NCBI GenBank assembly: GCA_002269645.1
Contig: NIVC01002553.1
Location: 1-64,000 of the forward strand
DNA from: Macrostomum lignano
Lineage: Eukaryota
Length of the DNA: 64,000 nt
Reading direction: 5' to 3'
Numbering within the stretch: position 1 is the first letter of the stretch; the number at the start of each line of letters is the position of its first letter. The position numbers and the translations under genes are program-made. Shown here one piece after another: positions 1 to 13,940 of the stretch. The notes under the pieces were generated by a model, which was given only the letters and a program-made list of their open reading frames with translations, was not told the origin of the DNA and did no database searches.

Positions 1-1411
1 TCTGTTGCAAAATCGCCGACAAAGCAATCCGTCATTTGGCACCGAGGCCTTCCGTATGCGCATCTGGTCATCAGTGGTCAGCTTGCTGGCTGCTGCTGCT
101 GTATCAGAGCGGGTGGCAGGCGGTCCAACTTGAACTTCAACGCGTCTCGCTGCAGCATTTACAGTTTCAGCGCTCCAGTCAGGCTTAGAGAGCGACTCCA
201 TTCGCTTGAGGGATTGAATGAATTTGCTATTGCCTCGTTGGTCTGAACAGTTTGAATACAAGGCGCCAGCCTTGCAAGAGCAGGTATAGTATATTATAAG
301 TTTTAGGAAAGCAAAAAATCGATGTTTGGAGCCTTGGCGATGCGCCTAGTATTTACTGCAAATACTACGGGGGGTGGCAACCAACCCGAGAGAGGCGTAT
401 CACCACTTGGCCTCATGGACTCGGATTCACCCCCAGTCTTCCTCTTCCTCCCTTTCTCTCTCCATTTACATGTACTATCGCTATTCAAATCTTTTAGGGG
501 ATTCTCCTGTATGCCAAAAATAACTTGCCTGTACAATGCGTTTGCTAGTCCTCGAAGCGGCGGCCTTTCGACTGAATAGGCACGCAGTTTACGCGTGATC
601 CACTCCGCCAACCTCACCCAGCAAGTCCTCTCTCTAACCGCCATTTCCTCTCCAGTTCCAGCCGAGAGAAATCTCTCTATTTTCTCTCTCTTTCTTCCTC
701 GTCGAAAACTTTTTTCTCTGGATCCGAGTAAAGTTTGAGTCCAAAAACGGGTCCACATAGGCATGCACAAGGGGTGGGGGCGATAGAAACGAATTTAGGT
801 GTATGAAGAGCGCGAAGGCCGCCGGTCAAAAACAAGACGCGGGCCCGGCCTAGCAACAGAAACAGGGGAAAGAGAATGAAGGGCGTAGCTATAGTCCGCT
901 CAAAACTGGCTGACTGCCCACTTATCCACTCCCCTTGACTGCATAATGTACACCAATGCCCTCATCAGTCCTATAGCTAGTTGTACACCACTAACGGGTG
1001 TGTCTATGCCAGGACGTTACCCAAGGGTCAACAGAGGGAGAGTCACTCAGCACAGGCGTGCGCAGCCAGCTGTGTTTTTCTCTGCAGCGGCATCGAGAGA
1101 GAGAGAAACAGGAAGATAAAAGTGCAGCCCCACCAAAGCCGTCGAATTCATGCAGCCCGCCACGACGCACAGCCGATGGGACCACTATATCCAACAAGCA
1201 AGCTCACTGTTTTCCTCCTCTCTGCAGCTGGTAAGCTTGATGAAGAGAAGGGGCAGCCAGCTGGTGATGGGTGGTTAGAGAAATCTTTCTAGGAAGTACG
1301 CGCGAACCTGCTACAGTCTCCTAAGCCTTGCTCGGCTTGGTTAGACCAAAACTGCTTCATTGTATACATGTACATATGCTCATAACATGCATGTAGACAC
1401 AGGTTACATGC

Positions 1412-2223
1412 TGTGAAATTTCGACCTTGTGAAAGCACCCCGCAACCAGGGGGTGCGCAACTCAAATATTAATTCGAATTCGCTGAAAAATTATCATCGA
1501 ATATCGACCCCGCTTATGGGGAATGTGCAAAGCTCAATATTCAAGCAATGCAAAGAATATGCAAAGCTACATCAAAGTGTAGCTGTATAGCTTGTGCTGA
1601 GATTTACTTGACGACTGTGATAATTAATAACACATACTTGCACAACTCAATTGGAAATATGTACTTGTACACTACATATGTACATGCAAATGTGAACGCT
1701 TGATCAACGGCTACTAATGTAATCAATTACATGCATATGAACATAAGTAGGAATATTTCGATATCTGACTTAGGGTCTCGTCAATCTAAGCAATTTTGCG
1801 TGCCATGCAGTAAGTGCAACCAGAAATAATTGTTTAAGGGGGCGGATTCTGGAGGGTAAAAGACCTAAAGGTGGGGGGACGGCGGAGGGGATGGGGCTCT
1901 GAATTTTGGCGAAATTCGCTTGGTCCCCCTTTAATTTTTTCTGTTCTGCGCCAAAGGGGGGGGGCGACCGCCCCCGCCCCCTGGTTGCGGGAGTGCTTTC
2001 ACAAGGTCGAAATTTCACAATTTCGACCTTATGAAGTCCCTTGCCAAAGTTTTCGATGCTGTGAAATTTCGACCTTGTGAAGTTTCGACCTTGTGAAGTG
2101 GTTGCTATTTGAGTTTTCGATGTTATGAAATTTCAACCTTGTGAAATTTCGATCATGTGAAAGAGGGTGCTTTCGACGTTGTGAAATTTCGAGTTTGTGA
2201 ACCCCCCCCCGGTTGCGGCACTG
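1412..2223. repeat. Degenerate inverted/direct repeat cluster (MITE-like) built on TGTGAAATTTCGACC
   Basis: 1412-1452 (tgtgaaatttcgaccttgtgaaagcaccccgcaaccagggg) is the near-perfect reverse complement of ~1978-2019. Further direct copies of the tgtgaaatttcga core lie at 2050-2200. No TSD was resolved. Confidence 0.6.
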
Positions 2224-4243
2224 CAGTGTGTGTGCCAGTAGTCGATCAGGGGATTTTCGTCGGCATCCATATAGGACTCTTGAAAATGATCGTTAATTCT
2301 ATTGGCATCAATTGCGCCACAAAAACCAGTCCAATGTAAATTTAGAAGTCGAAGTCGACTTAAAAAAGTATTATTATTTCCTGATCTCAATTGCTACAAA
2401 AAATAATATATTTGGTCTTAAAACCAACAGGTTTTTTTTTTGGGTATTTTTTAGAAATCTTAAAAAAATATATTTATTTTTTTAAGTTATTTTTATAATT
2501 TTTTTTATATATTTATTTTACGATAAATTTAAATAATATACTTAATAGCCATTTGAGGTATACCTACCCAGATTATAGTTAAAAAAGAAAAAAATTGTTA
2601 TGTTTGTTTCTAAGAACAAACTTCAGTGGCGAATTCAAACGTTTAAAGTGAATTCATCGTTTTCCTAGAAAGACAACCTTAACAATCATCATCGACATCA
2701 ACCAACCCATCTTGCCTAATTTACCAATTGGCAGTGTTTATTCCCATGGTCCATGCCACTAACGACAATATTATGCACACAGCGCCGTGTCAATAATGCT
2801 CTGCTTATTTGCACGGCAGCTAAATTATACATGTAGGAATGGGCCTAGCATGTCAGCATGTGCTTTAACTAAGGACTTTAATGAATGGTTTATATCAAGT
2901 GAAAATTTTATAAGCTGTTATGATGCATAGCTGTGGAGTCTACTGTATATATAGCTAGTATAGGTCCCTACACTGTATGACTGCAGATTGTAGTCATTTC
3001 TAAAATCCATTTTTTAATTTTTTCTAATCTAAAGCCAAAGTTTAACTAAAATTTCTAATTTTCCAATTAATAACTATAATGTCCTATTTAGAAATCTTAA
3101 CAATCAAAATTTCCAATTGGTTGCAGTTTTGGTTTTAAAGCCAATCTATACTAGATCTAGGGTCTAGACGACTAGATCATATCCGGATTCTGGAACAAGC
3201 AGCTTATCTTAGTTAAATGTATGCCAGTGCAACACCAAAAATAGAAAATTTCCCTTAAATGTATACTAAAATTTTCTCCTAAAAAGTAATTTAGAAGAAT
3301 CCCAAAAAAATTGCAAGATAAGACAAGTTTCTTAAGAAAGGTTTTTAGGTCTATACGAGGAAAGTGGTTTTAAAAAATAATAAAATTATTTATATTTTAA
3401 ACAAATAAAATTAATCCTCTAATCTATAATAATGATACATAATTAGAGTTTTTAGCAATAACTTTTAATAGTTTTATATAATTTTAATTAAAAAAACATT
3501 AATTCTATCATTAATTCTAGTCTAAAATGAAAATCTTTTATAATATTATTATTTTGTTTTTTATAATTTTATAAAAATATTAATATTTACATTAAAATTT
3601 ACATGCTTTCCAAAATCTGTTTAGCCTATTATTATACGTAGAAATTTGTATGCCAAAATGATATGATTTTGTATGCCGAAATATATAAGTACCAACTTCA
3701 AACGAGGTCATTTGTATATTAGAAATTTCTATCATATATGTAACCTTCCAGGGTCTAGCACTAGATGCTATCTACATAAATTATACATATATTTACATAT
3801 TGCTATTTATATAAATATATTTATTTTATATACTATTATGTCTTTTGTGTATATATACCTAGAAAAACTACTTATAAGAGCATATGTTTAGTTTTAAAGA
3901 TATAATAGAATCCTAAAATTATAAAGCAGTATCTTAAAAAATTCAGTTGCAATATTTTTATTGCTAGTTTTGGTTTTATGCTTGTCTGAAGCTTTTTAAT
4001 TTTATAGCTACAGAATGTGGATTTCAAGCTATAAATAACTTGCTTTCAAGTATCTAAAAGAATAAAAGTTCAATTTCTCTATACCACTTCTCTACTCTAC
4101 AATGCATTTCTATAGTACACTAGCAGCTCTATAGTATAGAAGGCTAAATCTCCTATGTACAGTCTGTGCTATAATAACTCTAAAGTAAGCTAGTATAGGC
4201 AAAAAAGCTTACCACCAATATAAGTAAAGCAATTTCCTATCTG

Positions 4244-4396
4244 ATGCCAATGAGCCATCAGAGCAACCTTGTCAGTTCAGGTCCAATGTCTGCCCCAACT
4301 GGCACTGGATCTCAGTTGGCACCTGTCACTGTTCACAATGTTTACATCTTTGATAAAAATGGTACCTGTCTGTATTTTTGCGAATGGCCTTCGCAA

Positions 4397-4428
<32 letters not shown>

Positions 4429-4786
4429 GCAAAAAGAAGCCTCTGAGCACGAAGATCGTACTCGTCTGATGTATGGTCTCATCTACAGCATTCGCACCCT
4501 GGCTGCCAAACTCTGTCCAGTCGGCGAAATCAAAGACGCCACCTATTTGGCATACGTGACTAGCCAATATAAATTCCACCTGTTGGACGTGCCCACTGGA
4601 CTGAAGATTGTGCTCAACACAGACAAATCTGCCGGCTCCATGCGCCACCAGCTGGAGACCATATATTCTAAAATATATGTTCCGTACGTGGTTCTCAATC
4701 CCGAGTGCAACCTCGGCGATCCTGTGAGCAGTCGGCTATTTGCTGATAGCCTTACCGAATATTTGCTGACGTTGCAGGCGAAGTGA
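4244..4786 (+). CDS. TRAPPC1: TRAPP complex subunit 1 (BET5, sybindin-like family), single exon, with a 13-Gln insert
   Basis: The ORF carries TVHNVYIFDKNGTCLYFCEW, RLMYGLIYSIRTLAAKL, YVTSQYKFHLLDVPTGLKIVLNTD and IYSKIYVPYVVLNP, which I recognise as BET5/TRAPPC1 motifs. The choice of start ATG is uncertain. Confidence 0.9.
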
Positions 4787-7700
4787 AAGTCTTGGATTCG
4801 AATGTAGATTTTTCTTATACTTTTCATTTCTATATATATACAGGGGTACATCCGTGAGCTATTAATTCATGCGTATATCATGTCGGCTTGTCCCCTAAAT
4901 CTGTTCATTAAGACTTACTAAGAATTGGGAGACAACGCAGACAAAATCTGCTGCTTGGCTAAATACGCTGTGCACAGGAAAAAAACATTGCGGGCAATTC
5001 GCTCGCGGGCAATTCTCATGAGCCCCAATCCGCGTATGCTACAATAGATTTGCTGCGTCAATTTCGCTTTCATCTAGCCAGTAATTTTTGTTTTGAGCAG
5101 GCAAATTCCACAAAGTTAATAAATAGTTCTAAATGTTGCTTTGCGAATCTAAAGCAAGATTCGTGTACAATTACTATTCTTTCGCAAAGGTTGGCTTATA
5201 ATTATCTGTGACGCAGCGTAGCGACTTTTTCAATTCACTTTTTATTCATGCGCTGTAATATTGTTGTAAAACTCATCAACGTTAGAAAATTAAACACTGA
5301 TTAATAATAGCGCGTGTCCGCGCTATGCTACTAGATGAGGCTTATTTAGTAGCGAATAATGCTTATAGCTACTGTTCTGCTGCATCCAGCTTTTGCTTAT
5401 ACACTACAATATTGATACTGAGTTTTTAAGCGTCTATATATATGGAGAATGTTACAAAAGCTTTCGCAAATTGTTAATATGTTTCATTTGAGCAAAAGAT
5501 ACATTAAATTTTCTTGCATTTATTTTTTTACCACCATTCACCATACTTAGCTTTTTATATAGCTTTTTGTAAGCCTAGGCGTGGAGCTTATGGATATGGA
5601 CAGTGTTAGGGCTTGTAGATAGGCTCGTTAGCTACTATCATTCGCCAGGATCATCTTTCTCACCAATTGAGTATAGCAAATTGAGTATAGCAACCATTCT
5701 TAATTGATCCATAGTGGCCATATAATTCGTGCAGATGTACTTTGGATTGGAACCTTTTCTTGCTTAACATGAGGTACTTCTCAAGTGCGCTTAATCGGTG
5801 CGGCCAAAGCATTTCCATTATATAAATTAACTTGTGTCCGAATTTCCTCTAGTGGCTTCCGAGTTTTCAGCCGTGGAATGATTTCTGAACCTGTGCATAA
5901 TTGCATAATATATAGGCGTGCTAATTGTGTATGTAACAAGCCCTCTGACTCCGCTTAATGGCAAAGTATGCATAGGCTGATGGCTCGGACTACTAGATTC
6001 TTGCTGTATTGTCACGCAGTCACCGCAAACCGGATGCCACATCTCGTTCACAATCGCGTGAGAGCAATACTTTTGATTATTTTATGGTTATGCTTTATGT
6101 GCTGCTCTATATTTAGCAGCGCGTCTACCATTGATGAGTTAGACCTCTATGCGCTTGCACTAATTCCCTTTTCCATTTCGCTTTTATCTGGCGACCAACT
6201 CGGGTTCTATTTAATCCAGAGGGATTTTTAGGTTAAACTAAGCTGCTAAGATTTTTTGGCCGGTCACGTACGTGAGCTTCGAGAAAAGATGTGAACTGTT
6301 TGCGTCCGCTCCGGACACCGGACCTATAAGCAGACAGCTTCTCAGGAAATTGCATCTGCCGATTTTGAATCCACTATTCTATAGAGGATTTCAAAGTTGA
6401 AATCTACGAGTACAGGGCTGTCCCAAAATTAGCTAGTGTTTTTTCATTATATCTCTCGTTCTGATGATCCAAATAACGCCCTTTCGTACAATTTTATAGC
6501 GGCAAGTCTCTATATTATGATCTCATAGTTCTAACATTCTTTATAACAGACAATCAAAACAAGTTATGAACAAAAGTTGTGACTTCGTAAGAGATATTAT
6601 ACTTCAAGTATTTGAGGTCGGGCTCGTGGCTGACTGCCGAACCAGAATTGCACTTATTCTTATAACGAAGAGGATATATTTAGAAAATTAAAATTCCTTT
6701 TGAGGGAGCTATTTATATAAATCAAGAGGGCCGAAACTATTGAATATCACCAATTCAACCACTTTAAAGCTCACTTTCAGGGAGGTTATTGACATAAGAT
6801 CCCCCAGAATGCAAATAATGTCCCGGAAAATCTATATCTATATCTATATCTAGGGCGTTATCCGATATTACTGAATAGTAGGACCATAGATAATTAAAAT
6901 ACTGCGCTCGCAGTCCCAAGACTCACAGCTACCACAAAAAATTACCAGTAACTCGACTATAAGACTTACAGCAAGTCAACAAGCTAGCGAGAAAGTACTC
7001 CGCGTACTTTTGATTGAATGTACTCAAACTTTGCTGTTAGACTGCTGTCTAAGAGACGTCTATAGTAAACCTAACGATGAAATCGTATCTTCAGTTAACG
7101 TTTTTAACATACGATACGATACACTATACAGGATAATGTTACAGTAAGGTTACAGTCTGCTGATACTGCATTTGCACTTTTATCATTTCCGTTTGCATAC
7201 AGATGGCTGTTTGGGAACTCTGGGAGGTTCTTTGACTGTTAATTCGACGCGTGCATTCAGATATTTCATTTTTCACTTTCAATTTCACTGAAACGCCGAA
7301 GAAAAAAGGAAGGCATCTACACGGTGAAAGTACCACAAACGCATGAAGAAAATGAAGTTAACTGCATCTGCATGCCTATATATTTGCAAAAAAGGTTGAG
7401 TTGTTTGATTTCTCATCGAGCGATCCGCACTCGATTGCTATTGCATATATACTGTCTCAATGATAGACCACGAGATTACATCCTGTTTCTCTCCTCAACC
7501 AGGCGGAAGGATGCCTATATTCTCAGCAAATACCCTGTTCTGAGCTCTCCCAGGGACCCCGCCTCTCATTCGATCTTTCCTGTATCCAGAGATGATTCCT
7601 ATGTATAGGAGCCTTACTTCCTTTTTTCTTACCAGTAATTACGAAATGCAATTTTGCATCGCGGGTATCTAAATAATTAGTGGTCTCATGAAAGCTAAAT

Positions 7701-9566
7701 TATGCATATTATCGCTAATGCGTGCATCATTATCAGGCGTGCAATGGCAATTGGAGTGCTTGTTAGAATAATCAATCACTTGCGGCCTGAATTTCGTCAG
7801 CAAAAGCACTTTCTTAGGTGCTAGCATGGATTGAGAATAGTTGAGACAAAGAGGGCAAACCGGAGCTAGGAGCCTAGTAAAGTATTAAAGGTAAAGCTTT
7901 CTGTACTTGAATGCATTTAGAGTCTATAGTTCTTGCTTCTCATGTACCAACGAGTGCGACCAGGGTGCGTATACAGTTGCACCTCGCATACTAGCCCAAG
8001 CCTCTTATTGTCTCAGCGTGGTTTGCGGAGGGAACTGTTGAGAGAATTCAATCTTGTTCATTAAAAGCTCTGCAAGTGTGTGAATAATAATTAGTCGTTA
8101 ATTAAGGGTGCCGACTGGTATATTTCATAAAAGCAAGTCCTGCTATAGGGAAGCTCAGAATACCCCACTTCGTTAAGTTTTTGAGACGCAACAGACTATA
8201 GTTCATGTACTAGTATATAGTGTAAACTGATCTAGAATTTCTAAAACAATATCGGGATGGCAGGCCCATGATCGTTTATAATTTTTTTCGCAGAGCCAGC
8301 TGGAGCAAAGATTATTGAGAAATTCGTGTGCCATCGGTACACCTCTAGGACTTACAGAGAAATTTTCGTGGCCTTCAGTTTTACTGGGAAAAACCTATGA
8401 AGAAGTGAGCCTGTGCAGTTTCAAATCATGTTTCTGTGTCCGTAATTGAGCATGTTTTCTCTTATTTCTTTTATACCTGCATGGAAAATCTGAGGTTACA
8501 TTTTCCGGAGACCCATTTCATCAGCTTCACAGTTCAGGGATCTTGCTTCTTGCGTCTTCGTATTGGATTTGGGTAAACTTTTGCAATTTTTCGGTATTAT
8601 TTCTGTCGGTCATAAATGGTATTTCCGTTTTTTTATTGTTGCCCGTCTTTAATTGCGGCATCTGCGAATGCGGGGCGATAACTAAGTTCTATGAGATGAA
8701 AAGTTCGTCTTCTGCGGTTTGGAATTCGGATTTTTGCAAAGAGAACAAGAGCGTAAATAATTAACGATGGTTTAAAACTTGGAAGCTGGGTGCCGTAGCA
8801 TTGCCTGCGCCTACCGCCGCCATCTATGTTTGAGTGCCACCTGTTCTAGTTTCGAATGCCATTAGCTAGCAGCAGGTTGTTTATAGAAGGGGCAAGAAAG
8901 CTGGTTCAAGCGATAATTTGCGAAATGGAATTCGCTCGTTCCATGGCTTCAATTCACCTTCACCGGAGAAGCAAGTAATGATAGAAATCTCGCGGCAGCT
9001 ACGCTCGTATATTTGTCCCGAGCTAAGTACAAGCCAAGGCAATCGTACTTAGACCATGGAAGATGCTCGTATTCAAGAACTCTAAATTGAACTAGGCAAC
9101 TGCAAGCTCTTGCTTATGATTAGATCTCTGAAAGTTACATATGTATACCTAATGCACAGTCTCATTATAACGCATCGAATCTCGGTACTATGAAGTATAC
9201 ATTCTCGATAATACCTAATGTAGCAACAAAATTGTGCGGACTACCGACAGAATTGATCACTCAATTGAAAATTTCATTTGTTGGTTTTTATCTTTTTTAA
9301 ACCTTAATTTAAGGTACATTTATGCTTCATACCACCATCCAATGAGCCATCAACTTACACTGAGGGTACAAAGACAACATTTTTAGTATATAGGACTAGC
9401 GATCAGCGCCCCCGTTGGGGAGACAACAGAAAAGAATAAAAATTTTGAATAAACTGCATGTATATTCTAACCTCTCAGTCTGGACATCTCAGCAATTCCC
9501 CCGTAAGGGTAGTATTATATGGAGTGGCTTCATTTGACGGCGGTGTGAAGCATGTATACGTACGCA

Positions 9567-9918
9567 CAGGGGCGTCGTCATGGATTTTGGGGGGGGGGAC
9601 AAGGCCAAGAATTCTACATTTAGCTCGTCGTACATTATTTTCAGAATCGGTGCTATCAGCGCTCATTTGGCGCTGCAGGCACTCATTTTAGCGCTGCAGG
9701 CACTCATTTTGGCGCCGCAAGCACTCATTTTGACGCCGCAGGCACTCATTTTGGCGCCGCAGGCACTATATTTTGTCACTTTGAAGCAAAATTATTGATT
9801 TTCATAACGGGTCATGAAGTTGGGTGGGGGGGGGGGAACAAAGCATTGGCATACCCCCCACAACTTTTACTGGGGGGAGGACATGTCCCCCCTGTCCCCC
9901 CCGGTGGCGACGCCCCTG
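9567..9918. mobile_element. Non-autonomous hAT-type MITE
   Basis: Perfect 11-bp TIRs CAGGGGCGTCG/CGACGCCCCTG are flanked by a perfect 8-bp TSD CGTACGCA (9559-9566 and 9919-9926). There is an internal 21-bp tandem (caggcactcattttggcgccg, ~5 copies). An 8-bp TSD with CAG termini is typical of hAT. Confidence 0.85.
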
Positions 9919-12511
9919 CGTACGCACGAGTACAAAGGAGTATACTAAGTATCAGACAGAATTGGATGCGGCACTAAAATATCAATGGAATTCACTTCAT
10001 TTTAGTCCTTGGGCAGACAATAATATTTACTCGCACTTTCTATTTTTCATTTAGAGAAAACAAAATGAGCCGAAGCAATCTGCAACCGCGGCTTTCAAAC
10101 ATGGGCTAGTGGCTGATTTGTAAAGAAAAAATTGAATGAATCTTTGATAGGAAAAATAGCGGAGCAAATTAACAAAGACGATATTCTTGGTAAATTCGTA
10201 CCCCTCCGGCATTTCTTTTTAAAGCTAAAGATGACAAAAGCACCAACAGCTGGTGCCTGACGAGTCCATTGTGCCGATTTTTGAATGCTTTGATTTGATG
10301 CGGGTAAAGTTTCGATAAACAAAGAAACCGATTGCGTGCCGAATAGAATAGCCATTTCATGCGCTTTGTTCGACAATGGCATCAGCAGAGCTTTAAAATC
10401 CTCCGAAAACCATAGGCCCAGTCGGTCTTCTATTGAAAACCCGAAAATTAACTACTCCTCGAAGGTCTGATCGAGCTGGCCTGGCGCTGATGAAAGCGAG
10501 CAGGTAGCAAGGTAACAAGCAGGTAGTCGCGCCAGCATCAGCCAGCACGCAGTCAGCAGCAGAACCTCCTGCACTGGCTGCGGGCAGTAGGACTCAGCTC
10601 GGATGATGTGGCTTGCCAGCTGCCTAAATTTAGAAGTATCATATGCGATTATAAGTATCAAAGGTGTAATTCGCTACAAAACGGATATTTCGGAAGCAGA
10701 CGGACACAGGCCAGTTGTTTTCAAAGATATCCGATTGTCTGCCTGTTGATCGGGCGGGCGCGTCTTCTGCCGATTAAAATAGCGACGTAATTTAAGATGT
10801 GTAGCGGATATGGGCTAGCTGTTGGAGCATTCTAATCTCCAATTGATTTACATCTCTTGTCATCTTCATCAGTTCAATTCCTTTCTCTCCTGTCCCATTT
10901 CTGTGGAAGATTCAGAGTCATGTCTTGTTCAATTCGAGTTGCCCGGCAGCCATCCGATAGAGCTATTGAGGGCCTTCTGATACAAGCAACAACGCGAAGC
11001 AGTTTATGATCAAAAGTAAAGCATGGGATGCTGGGATGGGAAGCAGTTTAAGCAGCCAATGCCACTGAAGCAATCGGGGCGTGTCACAGTAACAATTTTC
11101 CTTCTTGAATTTGAGCTGTGTACTCTTACTCTTCTGCTTCTCAAGGTCGCTCGCTCTCATTTTCTGTCCAAAAATCAAGCGAATAATATAAAACTTGCTC
11201 AAGAGTATCAAGAACTATGGTTTAGCTGCCTTCTGGCCAGGATCTTTCTGAATTATCGATTTTTATCAAGCTGGCACTTTGACTTGCGCCTTGGGGCCAC
11301 TTTAGGTACCCAATATGGGAACCTTCATCAAAGCTGAAAATGTAAATTCTCGACGTGAAACTGCGAGACTCCTAAAATAAAAGAATTAAAAGTTTACTGG
11401 CATAAGTGCGCACGAAAAATTTTTGATACTTTGATCTAATTAGCATACTAAAGTGGGTTAGATTTCAAAGACAGGAAAATAAATTAACATTTCCTTTAAT
11501 TAGGAATTCGACAAAAATCAATAACTCTTTGTGAATAAATCGCAATTTTGAAAAGTTTACAACAAGACTCGACTGCGCCAGAAACATTCCTACAAGCGAG
11601 TTGGTTCGAGTTAAGAATCCAATTTTTCCGGCTTACAAGTTTACCAAGAGCAATTCGTTGGGAAGCCATGCCAGTCTCAGAAGATGAAGTAAGGTAATAA
11701 GACGCCTGGGAACCCCCAACTGAAGCTTGTTGAAGTTCGCTGCTCATCAAATTTCCTGTGCGACTAAGCAATTAAGCAGCGGAATCGGTGTGCTTCCTAA
11801 TCCTGACATCGCCTGCAGGACAGCAAAGAGCCGGGGGGCGGGGCACGCCAAAGAGTCCACAGGCCAGGATTGTTAGCAAGCCCTGGTTAGAGCAGGCACA
11901 GGCATGGCTCACTGTGCTCTATCCTGCTTCCCTAGAGACCTGTGCGGATTGGCATTGGGTGGACAACCTTTATCCTTGGTCGACCTGTCGTTTGGTAGGC
12001 AGCCTTTTCTCTGCAGGCCGCGGTTTGGAGCTGTCTCGGTATGGGAAACTGTTACGAAGCGTGGAACTTTTCAAGAAATTCCTCATCCGCTTTTTGGCGC
12101 CTTCGCGTTTCCTGCAGCCAGCAGTCATCCCGTGCCGATCTGTCACGAGAAGCGAGAGAAGCAGCACTCCTGAAAAACTCCATTTGGAAGATTTTACACT
12201 TCGCATTGCGAGCAACAATAAGGTGCATTTGTGACTGCATGGGCCTAAGCCAAAGTATTGGGAAATCTGTCTGAGCAGAGCACGCATTGGCCTTGCCGGA
12301 TTGCAGGAACAATAAGGACTTCAAGCTGAAATGTGGACTGTAAATCTTCTATCCGAGGTGTAAAAATGACTGGAGCACTTTGGTATTCTCTGAATTTGCG
12401 CTCTGTAATCTCGATAGCATACCGAATCTCCTTAATAATGCATTTGTTGTAAGCTTTGGCTTTTTATGAAAGAAAGGACGGAAGTTTGCATTTGCTCATA
12501 CTCAAGATACA

Positions 12512-13940
12512 TACTCAAGTAGACTACTCAAGTAGACTGCTCAAGTAGACTACTCAAGTAGACTACTCAAGTATATAGACTACTCAAGTAGATTACTCAA
12601 GTAGTAGACTACTCAAGTAGACTACTCAAGTAGACTGCTCAAGTAGACTACTCAAGTAGACTACTCAAGTAGACTACTCAAGTAGACTGCTCAAGTAGAC
12701 TGCTCAAGTAGACTACTCAAGTAGACTACTCAAGTAGACTACTCAAGTAGACTGCTCAAGTAGACTACTCAAGTAGACTACTCAAGTAGACTACTCAAGT
12801 AGACTGCTCAAGTAGACTGCTCAAGTAGACTACTCAAGTAGACTACTCAAGTAGACTGCTCAAGTAGACTACTCAAGTAGACTACTCAAGTAGATTACTC
12901 AAGTAGTAGACTACTCAAGTAGACTACTCAAGTAGACTACTCAAGTAGACTACTCAAGTAGACTACTCAAGTAGACTACTCAAGTAGACTACTCAAGTAG
13001 ATTACTCAAGTAGTAGACTACTCAAGTAGTAGACTACTCAAGTAGACTACTCAAGTAGACTACTCAAGTAGACTACTCAAGTAGACTACTCAAGTAGATT
13101 ACTCAAGTAGTAGACTACTCAAGTAGTAGACTACTCAAGTAGGCTACTCAAGTAGACTACTCAAGTAGTAGACTACTCAAGTAGACTACTCAAGTAGACT
13201 ACTCAAGTAGACTACTCAAGTAGATTACTCAAGTAGTAGACTACTCAAGTAGTAGACTACTCAAGTAGTAGACTACTCAAGTAGACTACTCAGGTAGACT
13301 ACTCAAGTAGACTACTCAAGTAGACTACTCAAGTAGACTACTCAAGTAGACTTCTCAAGTAGACTACTCAAGTAGACTACTCAAGTATATAGACTACTCA
13401 AGTAGATTACTCAAGTAGTAGACTACTCAAGTAGACTACTCAAGTAGACTGCTCAAGTAGACTACTCAAGTAGACTACTCAAGTAGACTACTCAAGTAGA
13501 CTACTCAAGTAGACTGCTCAAGTAGACTACTCAAGTAGACTACTCAAGTAGACTACTCAAGTAGACTACTCAAGTAGACTACTCAAGTAGACTGCTCAAG
13601 TAGACTACTCAAGTAGACTACTCAAGTAGACTACTCAAGTAGACTACTCAAGTAGACTACTCAAGTAGACTACTCAAGTAGACTACTCAAGTAGTAGACT
13701 ACTCAAGTAGTAGACTACTCAAGTAGACTACTCAAGTAGACTACTCAAGTAGACTACTCAAGTAGACTACTCAAGTAGATTACTCAAGTAGTAGACTACT
13801 CAAGTAGTAGACTACTCAAGTAGACTACTCAAGTAGACTACTCAAGTATACTACTCAAGTAGACTGCTCAAGTAGACTACTCAAGTATACTACTCAAGTA
13901 GACTGCTCAAGTAGACTACTCAAGTAGACTACTCAAGTAG
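12512..13940. repeat. 13-bp minisatellite (TACTCAAGTAGAC)n, ~110 units
   Basis: Read directly. Variants include G for A (tgctc) and gtagtag 16-bp units. Confidence 0.97.

Noticed and set aside
6415-6865. TA-CAGGGCTGTCCCAAAA resembling a Tc1/mariner end
   Set aside because: No matching opposite terminus was found in the window.
10095-12324. Cluster of 60-150-aa ORFs
   Set aside because: No recognisable motifs or consistent exon chain, and they overlap on both strands as expected by chance.
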